Positions 36,444 through 46,869 are shown, counted from the stretch's first letter. The stretch: DNA of 64,000 nucleotides from Deltaproteobacteria bacterium (GCA_033763315.1 JANRKS010000002.1:192001-256000), one strand, 5' to 3'. Translations and numbers: made by a program. The notes: a model not told the origin generated them from the sequence alone.

Positions 36444-37328
36444 TCAGGACAGCCAGGCTTGTCGAGCGGGGGGCGGTGCATCGACGACGGGCGTCTCAAG
36501 CCCGTCGTCGTCGAACCCCCACAACAACCCATGGGGGTTGCTGACGTAGGCGACCGCGTCGGCGCGGAACGCGACCCGCTCGCCGTCCTCGTCGTCGAAA
36601 GAGACGACGGGGCCCGCCAATGGCGCGTGCTCCAGATCGTCGAGGGCCGCGTGAAGCTGCCCTTGATAGGTTGCTGGATCGTCCGGATCCTCTGGCTCGT
36701 CCCCATCGGCGCCGAAGGTCAGGGACTCTCGATCACCCGCGAGGAGCACTTCGATGGCCTCCGCCTCCTGTTCGTCATCCTCCTCATCATCGCCGATGGG
36801 GACGTGTGCCCCCTCGAACAGCGCGTGAACGTGCGCCACCTCGGCGAGGTTGACGGCGACGGAGTGGTCGTCGCAGTGCCACAGGATGAAAGTCGGCCGG
36901 CTGTCTTCGCCATCGTCCTCGAACGCCGCCCAGAAGCGGTCGAGATCGGGCGAGGCGATGGGGAAGACGCTTTCCCCTCCGCCTCTGAATCGAATTTTCA
37001 AGAACCACGCCGCAGGGTGGATGTCGATGCCATGCTCGCCCAGTTCTCGCCGAAAGGATCTATCGTTCCAAGCCGCGTCGTTCAGCGCGCGATCGTCTGA
37101 ATACGCGCGCAAGCGGCGGAATGCCTCTGGGAAAAGATCGTCGGGCGCGACGTCGACGGCGCGTGCGATGGCAAGAGCCTCATCGCAACGGGTCAGCGCG
37201 CCTCGCTCGATTCGTCGAATGGTGGCGCTGGGAAGGCCGGCCGCTTCCGCGAGTTGCTCCCTCGTGATCTGTCGTTGTGCACGCGCCCTTCGAATCCGAT
37301 CTCCGGGTCGGTCGAGTGTCTCGCCCAT
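36444..37328 (-). CDS. XRE-family HTH protein with acidic C-terminal domain
   Basis: RIRRARAQRQITREQLAEAAGLPSATIRRIERG. Confidence 0.75.
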   Translation of the reverse strand: MGETLDRPGDRIRRARAQRQITREQLAEAAGLPSATIRRIERGALTRCDEALAIARAVDVAPDDLFPEAFRRLRAYSDDRALNDAAWNDRSFRRELGEHGIDIHPAAWFLKIRFRGGGESVFPIASPDLDRFWAAFEDDGEDSRPTFILWHCDDHSVAVNLAEVAHVHALFEGAHVPIGDDEEDDEQEAEAIEVLLAGDRESLTFGADGDEPEDPDDPATYQGQLHAALDDLEHAPLAGPVVSFDDEDGERVAFRADAVAYVSNPHGLLWGFDDDGLETPVVDAPPPARQAWLS

Positions 37329-37378
37329 GATTTCTCCGCGTCTCTGGTGGCCGGCCCGGCCGGCGGCGTGTCGGTGAC

Positions 37379-38329
37379 GTGACCATGTTGCCAAAGAAAG
37401 CCTGGGCTGTGAACTCAGACGACCCCACGATCGTGGTCCAACGCCGAACGCCGCGCGAAGCCGGACGAGCCGGCCGGCCAGAGTTTCCGAGTTGGCAGCC
37501 CCGAGCGCCTGTGCCAGACTATTCTTCGCGCGCGTGCGCATTGGTTCTTGGCTGTCGTCGGGCAACTGCTCGTACTGGGTTCTGCGCCTTGCTTGATCAG
37601 AGTCGCACTCGCGTACTGCTCCTAGCGGTCTCGTCGTTGGTCGGCTGCGCCAGCTCGCCGTCTGGACCAGGGCCGGTTCGCGATGTGCTCGAGATGACCA
37701 CTCACGTAGAGCGCGTCGCCGAACATCCGACGCGCGTGCGCAGAAACTTTCACATAGCCCGTGCAGTCGAGTGGAGGCACGGGACGAGGAGGGTGGGCGC
37801 CTTCAATGTCGAGGGGCACCTCGACGAGGTTTACCGCCAGCGGGATCGGTTCGTCACTGACGAGATCGTCGACGACAGCCGCAACGAGATCAGGCTTTCG
37901 ATCAACTCGCCTGGGCTGCCTGGCCTCGAGTTGGGTGGCGCGCTGGTGTACACGGTCCTCCTCTCCGGCACCCTCGAGGAGGAACTCCCCACGGCCACGC
38001 GCGTGATGGAGGCCAGCGCGAGGCTGGTGGCAACAGAGGAGTCGAATCCGGTGCACGAGGTCCGGTTGCGCGTCCACCGCATCGCGGTGAACCCTGTCGC
38101 CAGCGAGGCGAGCGAGATGCCCTCGGTCGAGTTTCACTGGCATTCACATGGAACAATCATCGCGACGCCCAAGGGGGCCGCCCCGATCTGGTTCCGCGAG
38201 AGGCCGGGACGCACACCGTCGCAGAGCTTGATCGAGGTCGATTTCCCAGACCAAACGTCCTCCGCCCATCAAACCTATCTCGTACGAGCCTTCATCATCG
38301 CCCACACCCTCTTCGGACTGCGCCCCTGA
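37379..38329 (+). CDS. Hypothetical lipoprotein (start uncertain)
   Basis: VLLLAVSSLVGC lipobox. Confidence 0.5.
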   Translation: MTMLPKKAWAVNSDDPTIVVQRRTPREAGRAGRPEFPSWQPRAPVPDYSSRACALVLGCRRATARTGFCALLDQSRTRVLLLAVSSLVGCASSPSGPGPVRDVLEMTTHVERVAEHPTRVRRNFHIARAVEWRHGTRRVGAFNVEGHLDEVYRQRDRFVTDEIVDDSRNEIRLSINSPGLPGLELGGALVYTVLLSGTLEEELPTATRVMEASARLVATEESNPVHEVRLRVHRIAVNPVASEASEMPSVEFHWHSHGTIIATPKGAAPIWFRERPGRTPSQSLIEVDFPDQTSSAHQTYLVRAFIIAHTLFGLRP

Positions 38330-39051
38330 TGCGGATGCCAACCGGAGACAATCGACATGAGTCGGGGCCGGGGCGGGTGGCGCGCCGCCGCGTCGTCCTC
38401 GCGGTGATCCCGTTGCTCCTGATGCCGCTGTCCTGCGCCACCAGCCCCTGCGACCCCGTGCCTGTGAGGTTCCGGGATTACGCCCAAACGCTCTCGTTGA
38501 CCATCAATGCCACGGAGGCTCCCAACACGAGGGCGAAGAGCGCGCGGGTCGCGCTCATCGGCCCTTATGGCAGGGTGGCGGTGTCGATCGAACGCTCCCC
38601 CGTGACGCGGGGAACTCTGCTCATCGGCGAGGGGTTGTTCAGGCACGGCCTTCGCGCCGAGCTGAGCGGCACGTTGCAGATGCCAGGGGGCGAACCGCGG
38701 CCGATCAGCGGCTCCTTCGTGGTGGAGCGCATCGCCGGGGCGGACTGGCAATTTCACCCTGAGCGTCACTGGAGCGATGTCGAGTGGACTCTCTCGGTTG
38801 GCACAACGGCCGGTGATTCGGTCGTCATCGAGGGGACGCAGCGGGTGTTCACGGTGCGCGGGCTCGAGGACTGTCGCCGACGGTCTCCGTGGGTACCACT
38901 TCCGCCGGGATCACCGGTGTCCAGGGACCCACCCGTTGGCACGTAAACGGATCCCCGCCTTGCCCGGCCGCGCCGTCGAAGCGCGGGGGATCGTCACCGG
39001 CAGTTGGCGACGGGCGGGGCTACGGGTTCCTGCTCGGCCAGGCTGATGGAA

Positions 39052-39810
39052 TCAGGCTCTGTTCGGTCGGTACCCCTTTCCATCGAGGACGAAAGTCTCG
39101 GAACGTTCTGTCAGCCGCTCGGCGATCACCTGGGCGTTCAGCGAGTCAGGGAAAACCTTGGTCCAGTCCTTGAATGGTCGGTTCGTGGTGATCATGGTTG
39201 AGCGACGGTAGTCGTAGCGCTCGGCGATGACCTGGAATGCGAGTTTGGCTTGCGCCGGGTCCATCGCGAGCACGGCGAAGTCGTCGATTGCCAAGAGGTC
39301 AGCGCGAACGTAGCGGCGAAGGGCTCGTTCGAGCGAGCCGTGAATTTCAGCGCCGTGCAGGTCCGTGAGCATCCGAGGGGCTGACGTGAACACCACCTTC
39401 TTTTGTGCCTGGCAAGCGCGGTAGGCGAGCGCCCGCGCGAGGAACGTTTTGCCCGTCCCCGGAACGCCGATGAACAGTGGATTCGCTCCCCTTGTTAGAA
39501 ACGCAAGATCGTGGAGTGCCAGATAGCGAGCGCGAAGCTTCTTGCGAGCGGGATCGAAGTCGAAGTCGAAGGCATCCACCGTGTTGATCTCCGGGAATCG
39601 TGCATCCTTGATGCGTCGGTCGACGGAGCTCCGGATGCGGCTGTGCTTCTCGGCATCGCAAAGCCGACCGACGACTGCGCCGACGGTAAGGTTCTCGGTG
39701 GCGGCGCGGTGTAGGACATCTTTCAAGGCAGATGCCATCCCTGGCAGGCGAAGCCAGCGAAGCTTCTCGGCAAGAACCTCGACACTGCTTTCGTCATCCT
39801 TGTTCTTCAC
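39052..39810 (-). CDS. istB: IS21 helper ATPase IstB
   Basis: GVPGTGKT, LLAIDDF and ITTNRPF motifs. Confidence 0.92.
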   Translation of the reverse strand: MKNKDDESSVEVLAEKLRWLRLPGMASALKDVLHRAATENLTVGAVVGRLCDAEKHSRIRSSVDRRIKDARFPEINTVDAFDFDFDPARKKLRARYLALHDLAFLTRGANPLFIGVPGTGKTFLARALAYRACQAQKKVVFTSAPRMLTDLHGAEIHGSLERALRRYVRADLLAIDDFAVLAMDPAQAKLAFQVIAERYDYRRSTMITTNRPFKDWTKVFPDSLNAQVIAERLTERSETFVLDGKGYRPNRA

Positions 39811-41353
39811 GAACGGTCTCCTTCATGGGTGACGCCGGTGGCTCACCCGGGTCGCGCGTCATCGACGGAGCGACGAGCTGGTCATACAGGCTTAGGTCAG
39901 GCTCCCGGAGTGAGATGCTGTCGAAGGCAGGGTTTCCCAAGCTCAACGGCTCCGGCGCCGGGGTCAGACCGCGCTTATGGCGCAAGACGTACTCGACATA
40001 TTCAGCGCCGACGTGCCCGCTCCTCAAGACCTCGTCCACGGCAGAGGCCGTGGCAGGTTCGCCAAAGAGTTCCTTCAGAAAGGTGAGGCGAACGATCTCA
40101 CGTCTGATCGATCGGCTACCGGCCGCCAGTATCTTGAAATACTGCACACCCGGGGCGCCGAGCCCGACGAGAGGCTGCGGTAGTTCGCCGGCCTGCGCGC
40201 GCGGTTTCTTCGCCAGCACGGCCACCCGGTGGGTCGGGTCCTCGATGTCTTTGTTCGTGTCCCAGCAACGCGGATGGGTCGCCACCATCTTCGGGCCGAG
40301 GAATACCGAGACTGCATGGTCGTTGGCGCGCACGAGAACGGTTTGGTCCACAAGGTGAGGGGGCACCGAGTAGAGGTTGCGATCGAACCGGACCCGGAAC
40401 GTCTTGCTGACCATCGCCGTTGCGATGTCGTCGGTGTTGAAGGGGACTGCGGGGACCGCGCGCAGCGCCTTGCGCTCCTCGTGCTCGAACACCAGCGCAG
40501 GCACCTTCCCGGTCACCTCGTGCACTCGGTTGTTCGCGAAAGTGTCTCGCCAGGCTGCGGCCTTGACGTTTAGGTCCATCAAGTCCGATGGCCGACACCC
40601 GGGCCAGAATCGCTCGCGCACAAAACCCACGGGGCGCTCGACGATGCCCTTCTCGTTTCCTCGGCCGACATTGCAGGCGATGGCGCCGAACTGGCGGATG
40701 CGCGCGTACTCCAGAAAACGGCCGTTGAACGCGGTAACGGTGGGCGTGTGTGAACGCACCACGGTCTTCATGTTGTCGAAGATGTCGACCTTGGTGCTTC
40801 CGCCAAAGAAGCGCAGGGCCCGATCCATGCAGCGCAGGAATGCACCCATTGCCTGGCTGAGGGTGAACTCCAGATAGATGTACCGCGAGTAGCACAGCAC
40901 CATCACGAAGGCGCTCACGCGGCGGGGACAGCCCGGCAATGCAAAGCCGAAGTCTGCCCAATCCACCTGCGCCGCCTGGGCCACCGGGAACTCGAGCGTC
41001 AAGAACGGTTCGCGCTCAGCGTGTGGTCGCAATCTGCGCAGATGCTCTCGAAGGATGGTGATTCCACCTCGATATCCCAGCGGGCGCAGCCGCTCTAGGA
41101 TCGCTGGGGCACGCAACTCTGACGCCTCACCCAGCATTTGTCGGATCGCACCTTCGTACGGGCCCAACAGCTTGGCCCTAGCCACGCGTGGCTTGTCTTG
41201 CTTGGCGGCGCGATCTCCATCAAGCACCTTGCGCACGGTTTTACGTGCCATCTTGAGCCGACGGCTGATCGCGCGGATCCCCAGGCCATCGGCATACGCG
41301 AGTCGCAGAACCTCGGCGCGGCGATGAGATGTCACATCGTCGTCAACGAGCAT
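39794..41353 (-). CDS. istA: IS21 transposase IstA
   Basis: N-terminal HTH; AQVDW, FDNMKT, KGIVER and NLYSVP motifs. Confidence 0.92.
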   Translation of the reverse strand: MLVDDDVTSHRRAEVLRLAYADGLGIRAISRRLKMARKTVRKVLDGDRAAKQDKPRVARAKLLGPYEGAIRQMLGEASELRAPAILERLRPLGYRGGITILREHLRRLRPHAEREPFLTLEFPVAQAAQVDWADFGFALPGCPRRVSAFVMVLCYSRYIYLEFTLSQAMGAFLRCMDRALRFFGGSTKVDIFDNMKTVVRSHTPTVTAFNGRFLEYARIRQFGAIACNVGRGNEKGIVERPVGFVRERFWPGCRPSDLMDLNVKAAAWRDTFANNRVHEVTGKVPALVFEHEERKALRAVPAVPFNTDDIATAMVSKTFRVRFDRNLYSVPPHLVDQTVLVRANDHAVSVFLGPKMVATHPRCWDTNKDIEDPTHRVAVLAKKPRAQAGELPQPLVGLGAPGVQYFKILAAGSRSIRREIVRLTFLKELFGEPATASAVDEVLRSGHVGAEYVEYVLRHKRGLTPAPEPLSLGNPAFDSISLREPDLSLYDQLVAPSMTRDPGEPPASPMKETVREEQG

Positions 41354-41874
41354 GGCCGACCTGAATCACTCCGGGAAAGCCCCGAACCTTCAGATGGATC
41401 TCCGCGTGGTGCGCCGGCACCATGCACATGGCGTCGTCCCAGCGTTGCGCCCAGCAGATATCCTCGTCGGTCCCTGCCACATACAACACAACGCGAACCG
41501 GGCAGCTCTGCCATGACGTCAAGATCGCCAGCAGCTGCTGAACGTCCTGCGCTGATGGTGCGGTCGCCACCGAGCTGCTCAGCTTGATCTCCGTGAACGC
41601 CCCCTCCTGATGGGGGCGCAGCTCCAGGGTCATGGGCGCGGGGTGCATGGGCCGATGCTGGTTGTGCATCGCCCGTCAAATTCCTGGAACCATGATCCCC
41701 CACGCGTTCTGACCGACGGCGAGCCCTCGCGGCCTGCTGTTGATCCCGATGGTCTTGCCGTCCCTCATCGCTCGCCCGGTGCTTACGCCGCGCTCTCCGG
41801 GCTGTGCGCCGACGTCCTTCACGTCGACAACCATCTCCGCAGTACAAGTGGCCACGGTCGCACCGCCGGTGCAC
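41332..41874 (-). CDS. IS-borne Cys-rich basic accessory protein (start uncertain)
   Basis: The frame extends upstream to give CGHC...RRCDRGHLYCGDGC, followed by an Arg-rich helix. Confidence 0.45.
   Translation of the reverse strand: MHRRCDRGHLYCGDGCRREGRRRTARRARRKHRASDEGRQDHRDQQQAARARRRSERVGDHGSRNLTGDAQPASAHAPRAHDPGAAPPSGGGVHGDQAEQLGGDRTISAGRSAAAGDLDVMAELPGSRCVVCGRDRRGYLLGATLGRRHVHGAGAPRGDPSEGSGLSRSDSGRPCSLTTM
41343..41669 (-). CDS. IS-borne hypothetical protein upstream of istA
   Basis: 108-aa ORF overlapping the istA start. Confidence 0.4.
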   Translation of the reverse strand: MHNQHRPMHPAPMTLELRPHQEGAFTEIKLSSSVATAPSAQDVQQLLAILTSWQSCPVRVVLYVAGTDEDICWAQRWDDAMCMVPAHHAEIHLKVRGFPGVIQVGHAR

Positions 41875-42153
41875 CCAGAACTCGTTTCCGCAGTGGCCGC
41901 AACGCCGTGCTCGGATCTCCAGTCGACCTCAACGAGGTCGAAGAACTGGACGCCGCCACCAATCCGTCGCATCATCCTGGCACTACGTCAGGAGTGCGGC
42001 GCACCCGCGCTGCCCCCGAAAGGCTCGGAGCGCCAACTCCGGGCCTTTCGCCTTTTCGGCCTACGTCGCTTTCAACCTCGATGATCACCCCAAATCCGGC
42101 CAAAGATGATCACTTCAAAACCGGCCAAAGGACGGGGTCGGGACTGGCCATAT

Positions 42154-42918
42154 CTAGCCCCTGAGTTCGGCCTCCGGCAAGTTCTCTTGGCCGACCCGTG
42201 TCCGCCAGCTGCGAGGACCGCATTTGAGGACGTGGCCGTGGTGGAGGAGGCGATCGAGCATCGCGGCGACGGCGGCGGCGTCGCCGAGTACCTTGCCCCA
42301 GTCCTCCACCGGGCGGTTCGAGGTGAAGAGCGTGCTGGCGCGCTCGTACCGCCGCATGACGAGCTCGAGCAGGTCCTCAGCGGCAGTGGGCGGAAGCTTG
42401 CGCATCCCCAGATCGTCGATGATCAGCAACGGGACGGCGGCCAGCTCGGTGATGGTCTCCTTGCGGGTGCCGTCGAGTGTGGCGTCCGCGAGTTCTTCGA
42501 TCAGCGCGTGCGCCTCCCGGTATAGGACGCGGTGCCCCTGCTGAATCGCACAATGGCCGATCGCTTGCGCGAGGTGGCTCTTCCCCGTGCCTGGCGGTCC
42601 GAGCATGAGGACATCCTCATGCTTAGCGATGAAGTGGCCCGCCGCGAGCTCGTAGACGAGCCGGCGGTTCATCTTCTTGTTGAAGTCGAAATCGAAGGTG
42701 TCGAGCGTGCGGTCGGCGTCTCGGAAGTGCGCGTGCTTGGTTCGCCGTTCCAGCAACCGGTCGGCGCGGCGGCTTAGCTCGTCCGAGACCAGAATCGAGA
42801 TCAGGTCTATGGGGGCCATGCGCTCCGATTGCGCCTGCATCAGGCGGCTCTCCAACACGTTGGCCATGCCGCCCAGGCGCAGTTGCCTGAGCGCGCGATC
42901 GAGTTCGACGAGATTCAT
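42154..42918 (-). CDS. istB: IS21 helper ATPase IstB
   Basis: GPPGTGKSH, LLIIDDLG, TSNRP and LDRLLHH motifs. Confidence 0.93.
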   Translation of the reverse strand: MNLVELDRALRQLRLGGMANVLESRLMQAQSERMAPIDLISILVSDELSRRADRLLERRTKHAHFRDADRTLDTFDFDFNKKMNRRLVYELAAGHFIAKHEDVLMLGPPGTGKSHLAQAIGHCAIQQGHRVLYREAHALIEELADATLDGTRKETITELAAVPLLIIDDLGMRKLPPTAAEDLLELVMRRYERASTLFTSNRPVEDWGKVLGDAAAVAAMLDRLLHHGHVLKCGPRSWRTRVGQENLPEAELRG

Positions 42919-44507
42919 CTGGTCTCCTTGGTGATGTGGTTGATGTGGTCGCGGTACAGGGTCAGTTCTCGGATCAGCGGATCGATCTGGCGCAACGCTA
43001 TTTGCGGTTGCGGCTTGCGCTCGAGGTAGCGGCGCACGAAGCGGTATTCGGGCACGCCCATCTCCAGGGCTGCTGCACACGCGTCGTCGACAGCGCTAGC
43101 ACCGTACTTCTTGATCAGCGAGCGCACTCCCAGGATGCGCTTGACGCCGACTTCGCCCATATCGCGATGGATGGCCGCGCAGAGCGCGCCCACGTGCTTG
43201 CCGGCGTGCGCGGCCATGGATAGCAGCTGCAGTGTGGTTGCGGGGGTACGGCGCGGCCTGTACTCGGGCGCCGTTCGATAACGGCCTCGTTCCTGGCGTC
43301 GGTACTCGCGCATCAGCTGTTTCGTGTGCGGGTCCATCAACCGGACGATCTGGCCGTCCCACTGCACCGGCAGCTTCTGCCCGATGTACCCGGGCGGGGC
43401 GGCGTAGTAGGCACCGTCGATTTCAACGTGGCCGTCGAGGTGCACCGCGCGCTCGCCGTACTGATAGTAGCGGAAGGGTTCGACCGGCAATGGCAACAGA
43501 GTCGGCTTCTCCTCCGCGTACATCGCCGAAACCTGGCGCTTCGTCCGACCGTGGATGCGCTTGTCAGCCCACTGCTCGTCCCACCGATCGAGGTAAGCCT
43601 GAGCTTCTTCGATGGTCTCGAATCGCTGTCCTTTGAGCGGCGTGCGCTGCGTGTGCCCGATGGCAGACTCGACCTTGCCCTTGCGATCCGGATCGCCCAC
43701 GCGGCAGGGCAGCGCCACGGCACCGTAGTGCTTCAGCACGTCGGCGAACAGCGGATTGATCGTCGGGTCGTAGACGTCTGGCCGAAGCACGCCCTCGCGA
43801 AGATTGTCGAGCACGATCACACGTGGCACGCCTCCAAGGCGCCGGAAAGCTTGCTCGTGCAGCTCCGCCCAGGCGCGCGAGCTCGAGCGCCACACAAGCA
43901 GGCGCACGGCCTTGCGACTATGCGCCAACGTGAGCACGAACAGCCGTGTCCGCCGGTACTTGCCCGTCTCGGTGCTGCGGACCATCGGACCCTCGCCGTA
44001 ATCGACTTGGCCCTCTTGCCCGGGTTCGGTCTCGATCGGGACGTGCGCTTCGTGGGGCTGCCCGGGTCCGCGCAGCTTTCGCACGAACCGCATCACGCTG
44101 GGGTAGCGGCCCCGAAACCCGTAGTCGCTCACCAGGTCCTGGTAGATGGCCATCGCGTTGCGGCCGCGCTCGACAGCCAACTCGATGACGTCACGGTGGA
44201 TTTCACAAGCGCTCGTGCTTGGCGATCGACTGGGTGGCCGCGGTTCGGAGCCGGTGATCACCTCTATGGCCGGTTTTGCCTCAGGGCCGGTGATCACCTC
44301 TATGGCCGGTTTTGCCGGTGCGTGTCCCCAACGGCCCGGCCCCCGGACGGCTATACCGGCCGCCTTCAGGTAGGCGCTGGCCGTTTCGCGCCGTACGCCG
44401 GTGGCCTCCTCGATTCGCCGGAGGCTCCATCCCAGTCGCCCCAGCGCCTGGACCTGCTGCTGCTTATCTGTGCTCAAGACGTTGCCCATTCCGGGCGGGC
44501 GGACCAC
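42915..44507 (-). CDS. istA: IS21 transposase IstA
   Basis: ETEPGQEGQVDYG, LDNLRE and RKGKVES motifs. Confidence 0.93.
   Translation of the reverse strand: MVRPPGMGNVLSTDKQQQVQALGRLGWSLRRIEEATGVRRETASAYLKAAGIAVRGPGRWGHAPAKPAIEVITGPEAKPAIEVITGSEPRPPSRSPSTSACEIHRDVIELAVERGRNAMAIYQDLVSDYGFRGRYPSVMRFVRKLRGPGQPHEAHVPIETEPGQEGQVDYGEGPMVRSTETGKYRRTRLFVLTLAHSRKAVRLLVWRSSSRAWAELHEQAFRRLGGVPRVIVLDNLREGVLRPDVYDPTINPLFADVLKHYGAVALPCRVGDPDRKGKVESAIGHTQRTPLKGQRFETIEEAQAYLDRWDEQWADKRIHGRTKRQVSAMYAEEKPTLLPLPVEPFRYYQYGERAVHLDGHVEIDGAYYAAPPGYIGQKLPVQWDGQIVRLMDPHTKQLMREYRRQERGRYRTAPEYRPRRTPATTLQLLSMAAHAGKHVGALCAAIHRDMGEVGVKRILGVRSLIKKYGASAVDDACAAALEMGVPEYRFVRRYLERKPQPQIALRQIDPLIRELTLYRDHINHITKETR
44250..44316 (+). 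repeat. 31-bp direct repeat (period 36) inside istA, resembling the IS end motif
   Basis: GCCGGTGATCACCTCTATGGCCGGTTTTGCC at 44250-44280 and 44286-44316. Confidence 0.85.
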
Positions 44508-44902
44508 GGTCCACCCACCCTCGTCAACGTCCCGAACCCCGCTACTCCCTTTGGCCGGTTTTCAGGTGATCATCTATGGCCGCTTTTGGGTGATCACCGA
44601 GGCTTTCAAGCCTCAGCCCGGACCGCAAATAGCGCCAGTTTTACGCCAGGGCCCCGGGCACCGGTGATCTCGCCGGAAGTGGTACCCAAGCAAGCCGTTG
44701 GCGACAGAGGACGTGCGCTTCTTGAAGACCTCGCGCGGTCTGCGCTTCTACTTGTACACAAAGGATGGGGCGGCGGGCTACATCGCGCCCGCATGCCGAA
44801 ATGGCCCCGATGCGGCGCTGGAATACTCCGTCGCGATCGCCCCCGCCTCATCGGTGGACGACGCGGAGGTTGGGGCCTACCTCGCGCTCATTCGCGCCTT
44901 GC

Positions 44903-46024
44903 TCATCGTGCAACCGCGCGAAGATTAGCGAGCGCGTCATAATCGCTCTTGAGGGCGCCGGTCGCTGGATCCCAACACATGACCGTCCGATCGCGCCGGA
45001 TCGCGCACGCGTGGTCTCGACCGACCGTCAGTTCCTCGAAGGGCCCCTTATCGGCGAGCACAACCGCCCTGCCCAGGACCACACACGCAATTTGGCCGAC
45101 CATGGTCAATGCGCACACTGTGTCGGAGTCGCTGGCGCCGACCACATCGATGTACGTCGGGTTCCTCGGGAAAGCATCACCAATGCCCGAGATTGCGCCC
45201 CAGCATTGGATCTTCCCTTCAGCCGTCGCGCCGCAGGCATTGTTCTTCGATGCACCGATCGAGACGAACTGGCCATTGGGCGCTTCCCCGGGCGCCTTGC
45301 CCCAGCAGACAGGGCGTCCGCCCGCTTCAAGGACGCACACAAACTCCCTACCGGCGGCGATGCTCCGGAAGCCCGTGCCATCAGGTACATCGCCCAAGAT
45401 TGGTGAGCTCGCGGGCAAGCTATCGCCCCAGCAGGCGAGGCGACCCTGCGTGGACACAGCACACGCGTAGCTCGGGGTGGTCGAATCGCCACCTATCGTG
45501 ACCCGCGAGAAGGACATCGGCGGGATCGCGCGGTTCAGGTCGTCCAACACCCCAGCGGTGCTAGCGGTGCAACGGAGCGCACCACCCCTCGCTAGGCCGC
45601 AGATCTGTCGATGGCCCGCATATATCTGCGAGGCATTCATGAGCGCGTCGCTGGAGGCCGTGCCTCCGAATCGTGGCCCGACACATGAAACACTTGCGTC
45701 TTCGGTGACAACACAGACGAAGCCGTCGCCAGCCGCGATTCGCGCGCCGGCGGCCATTGGTATCGGGGTGGTGCCACCTGCTCCCGCGACGCCCCCTCCA
45801 GAGTCACCTTGATTTGGGCCACCATCCGTCCCGCTTCCACCACTGCCGCCAGCGCCAGCTGTCCCTCCGGCGGGCGCCACCCCACCCAACATCGCGTCGG
45901 GCGATTGCGTGTTCGTGTCCCCGGACTCGCACGAGGCTGAGACCACGACGAGACAGACCGTCAACGAAAGCGCGCCTTCGGCTAGCGTTGAAGAAATGCG
46001 TTCCCTGCTTCGCTCTATGATCAT
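44903..46024 (-). CDS. RCC1/BLIP-II-like beta-propeller lipoprotein
   Basis: Repeats such as IAAGREFVCVL...PVCWG and VGRDHACAIR; Gly-rich linker; SASC lipobox. Confidence 0.75.
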   Translation of the reverse strand: MIIERSRERISSTLAEGALSLTVCLVVVSASCESGDTNTQSPDAMLGGVAPAGGTAGAGGSGGSGTDGGPNQGDSGGGVAGAGGTTPIPMAAGARIAAGDGFVCVVTEDASVSCVGPRFGGTASSDALMNASQIYAGHRQICGLARGGALRCTASTAGVLDDLNRAIPPMSFSRVTIGGDSTTPSYACAVSTQGRLACWGDSLPASSPILGDVPDGTGFRSIAAGREFVCVLEAGGRPVCWGKAPGEAPNGQFVSIGASKNNACGATAEGKIQCWGAISGIGDAFPRNPTYIDVVGASDSDTVCALTMVGQIACVVLGRAVVLADKGPFEELTVGRDHACAIRRDRTVMCWDPATGALKSDYDALANLRAVAR

Positions 46025-46869
46025 GGATGAGCCAAAATGTTGCGGGCCATCAATCGCAGATCTTCCGAGGCATCGTAGCTTGCCACGGACTGGAGCGAAT
46101 CGCGAAGCACGCCAGGTTTCTCTAACCACCACGTCCCTACCACCTGCACGGCGCGCGCGCGCACTGATTGCTCCGGTTCCGTGGTTATCAGAATGCCAAG
46201 CGCAGCCTCCAAGACCTGCGATGGGGCCCGCTCCAGCATCGCCTCGACCGCCCCGCGTCGCACGGCCGGCGAGGTGTCGCCCAGCGCCCGCGCCAGCAGT
46301 CGGTCGCCATCATCCCCCTCAACTCGCCGGATCGCGTTCGCAGCCGCCGCTCTGACGTTCGGGGACGGATCGCCAAGGCTGCGTTCGAGATGGGGCAGTG
46401 AATCCGGGTGGCCGGCATTCCCCAGGGCGACCAAGGCACGTTCGCGAATACGTTCCTCCTGGCTGGTCGTCAAGGTATTCAACAGCTCATTGAGCCCGCG
46501 GCCAGCGAGAGCCGGATCGTCCTTTCTAAGGCGATAGACGTTCGATCCGACGCCGTAGGTCGCCTGTACTCCCATCTGGGGATCGTCGCGCAGCGCTACC
46601 AGCGCGTCCAGCGTCTTCTCCGTGGGATGCGAAACATGACTCAGTCCTCGCGCGGCTTGCGCCCTCGTGCCTCGAGAGAGGTTGACATCAGCCGCCAAGG
46701 CAGCGAGCGCCGCCTCCAGCGCCCGCGCGCGGCGCCGAAGCCGGCGAACCGCCGGCACCTCCTCGACGGAAACGTCCACATGGAACTCGACCGGTCGGCC
46801 GTCCAGGGTGCGTACCATCTGCCGGTAGGCACCTTTGCCCGGGTCGTTTCGTTCGCTTTTCTTCGTCAT
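46021..46869 (-). CDS. HEAT-repeat protein
   Basis: ALVALGNAG, DPSPNVRAAAA and DTSPAVRRGAV repeats. Confidence 0.75.
   Translation of the reverse strand: MTKKSERNDPGKGAYRQMVRTLDGRPVEFHVDVSVEEVPAVRRLRRRARALEAALAALAADVNLSRGTRAQAARGLSHVSHPTEKTLDALVALRDDPQMGVQATYGVGSNVYRLRKDDPALAGRGLNELLNTLTTSQEERIRERALVALGNAGHPDSLPHLERSLGDPSPNVRAAAANAIRRVEGDDGDRLLARALGDTSPAVRRGAVEAMLERAPSQVLEAALGILITTEPEQSVRARAVQVVGTWWLEKPGVLRDSLQSVASYDASEDLRLMARNILAHP

Larger units (their letters stand above)
42076..44602 (-). mobile_element. IS21-family element (inner, nested)
   Basis: IRs CCTCGATGATCACCC / CCTCGGTGATCACCC with repeated subterminal motifs; 7-bp TSD CTTTCAA at 42069-42075 and 44603-44609. Confidence 0.9.
38872..44706 (-). 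mobile_element. IS21-family element (outer) with accessory ORFs
   Basis: IRs TGTCGCCGACGGTCTCCGTGGGTACCACTTCCG / TGTCGCCAACGGCTTGCTTGGGTACCACTTCCG; TSD GAGGAC at 38866-38871 and 44707-44712. Confidence 0.9.
38329..44928 (+). pseudogene. Lipoprotein gene split by nested IS21 elements
   Basis: Removing 38872-44712 rejoins VRGLED|VRFLKTSRGLRFYLY...VQPRED* in frame; lipobox PLSC. Confidence 0.8.

Noticed and set aside
42078-42145. Short repeats considered as a CRISPR array or iterons
   Set aside because: They are IS21 subterminal repeats; there are no spacers or cas genes.
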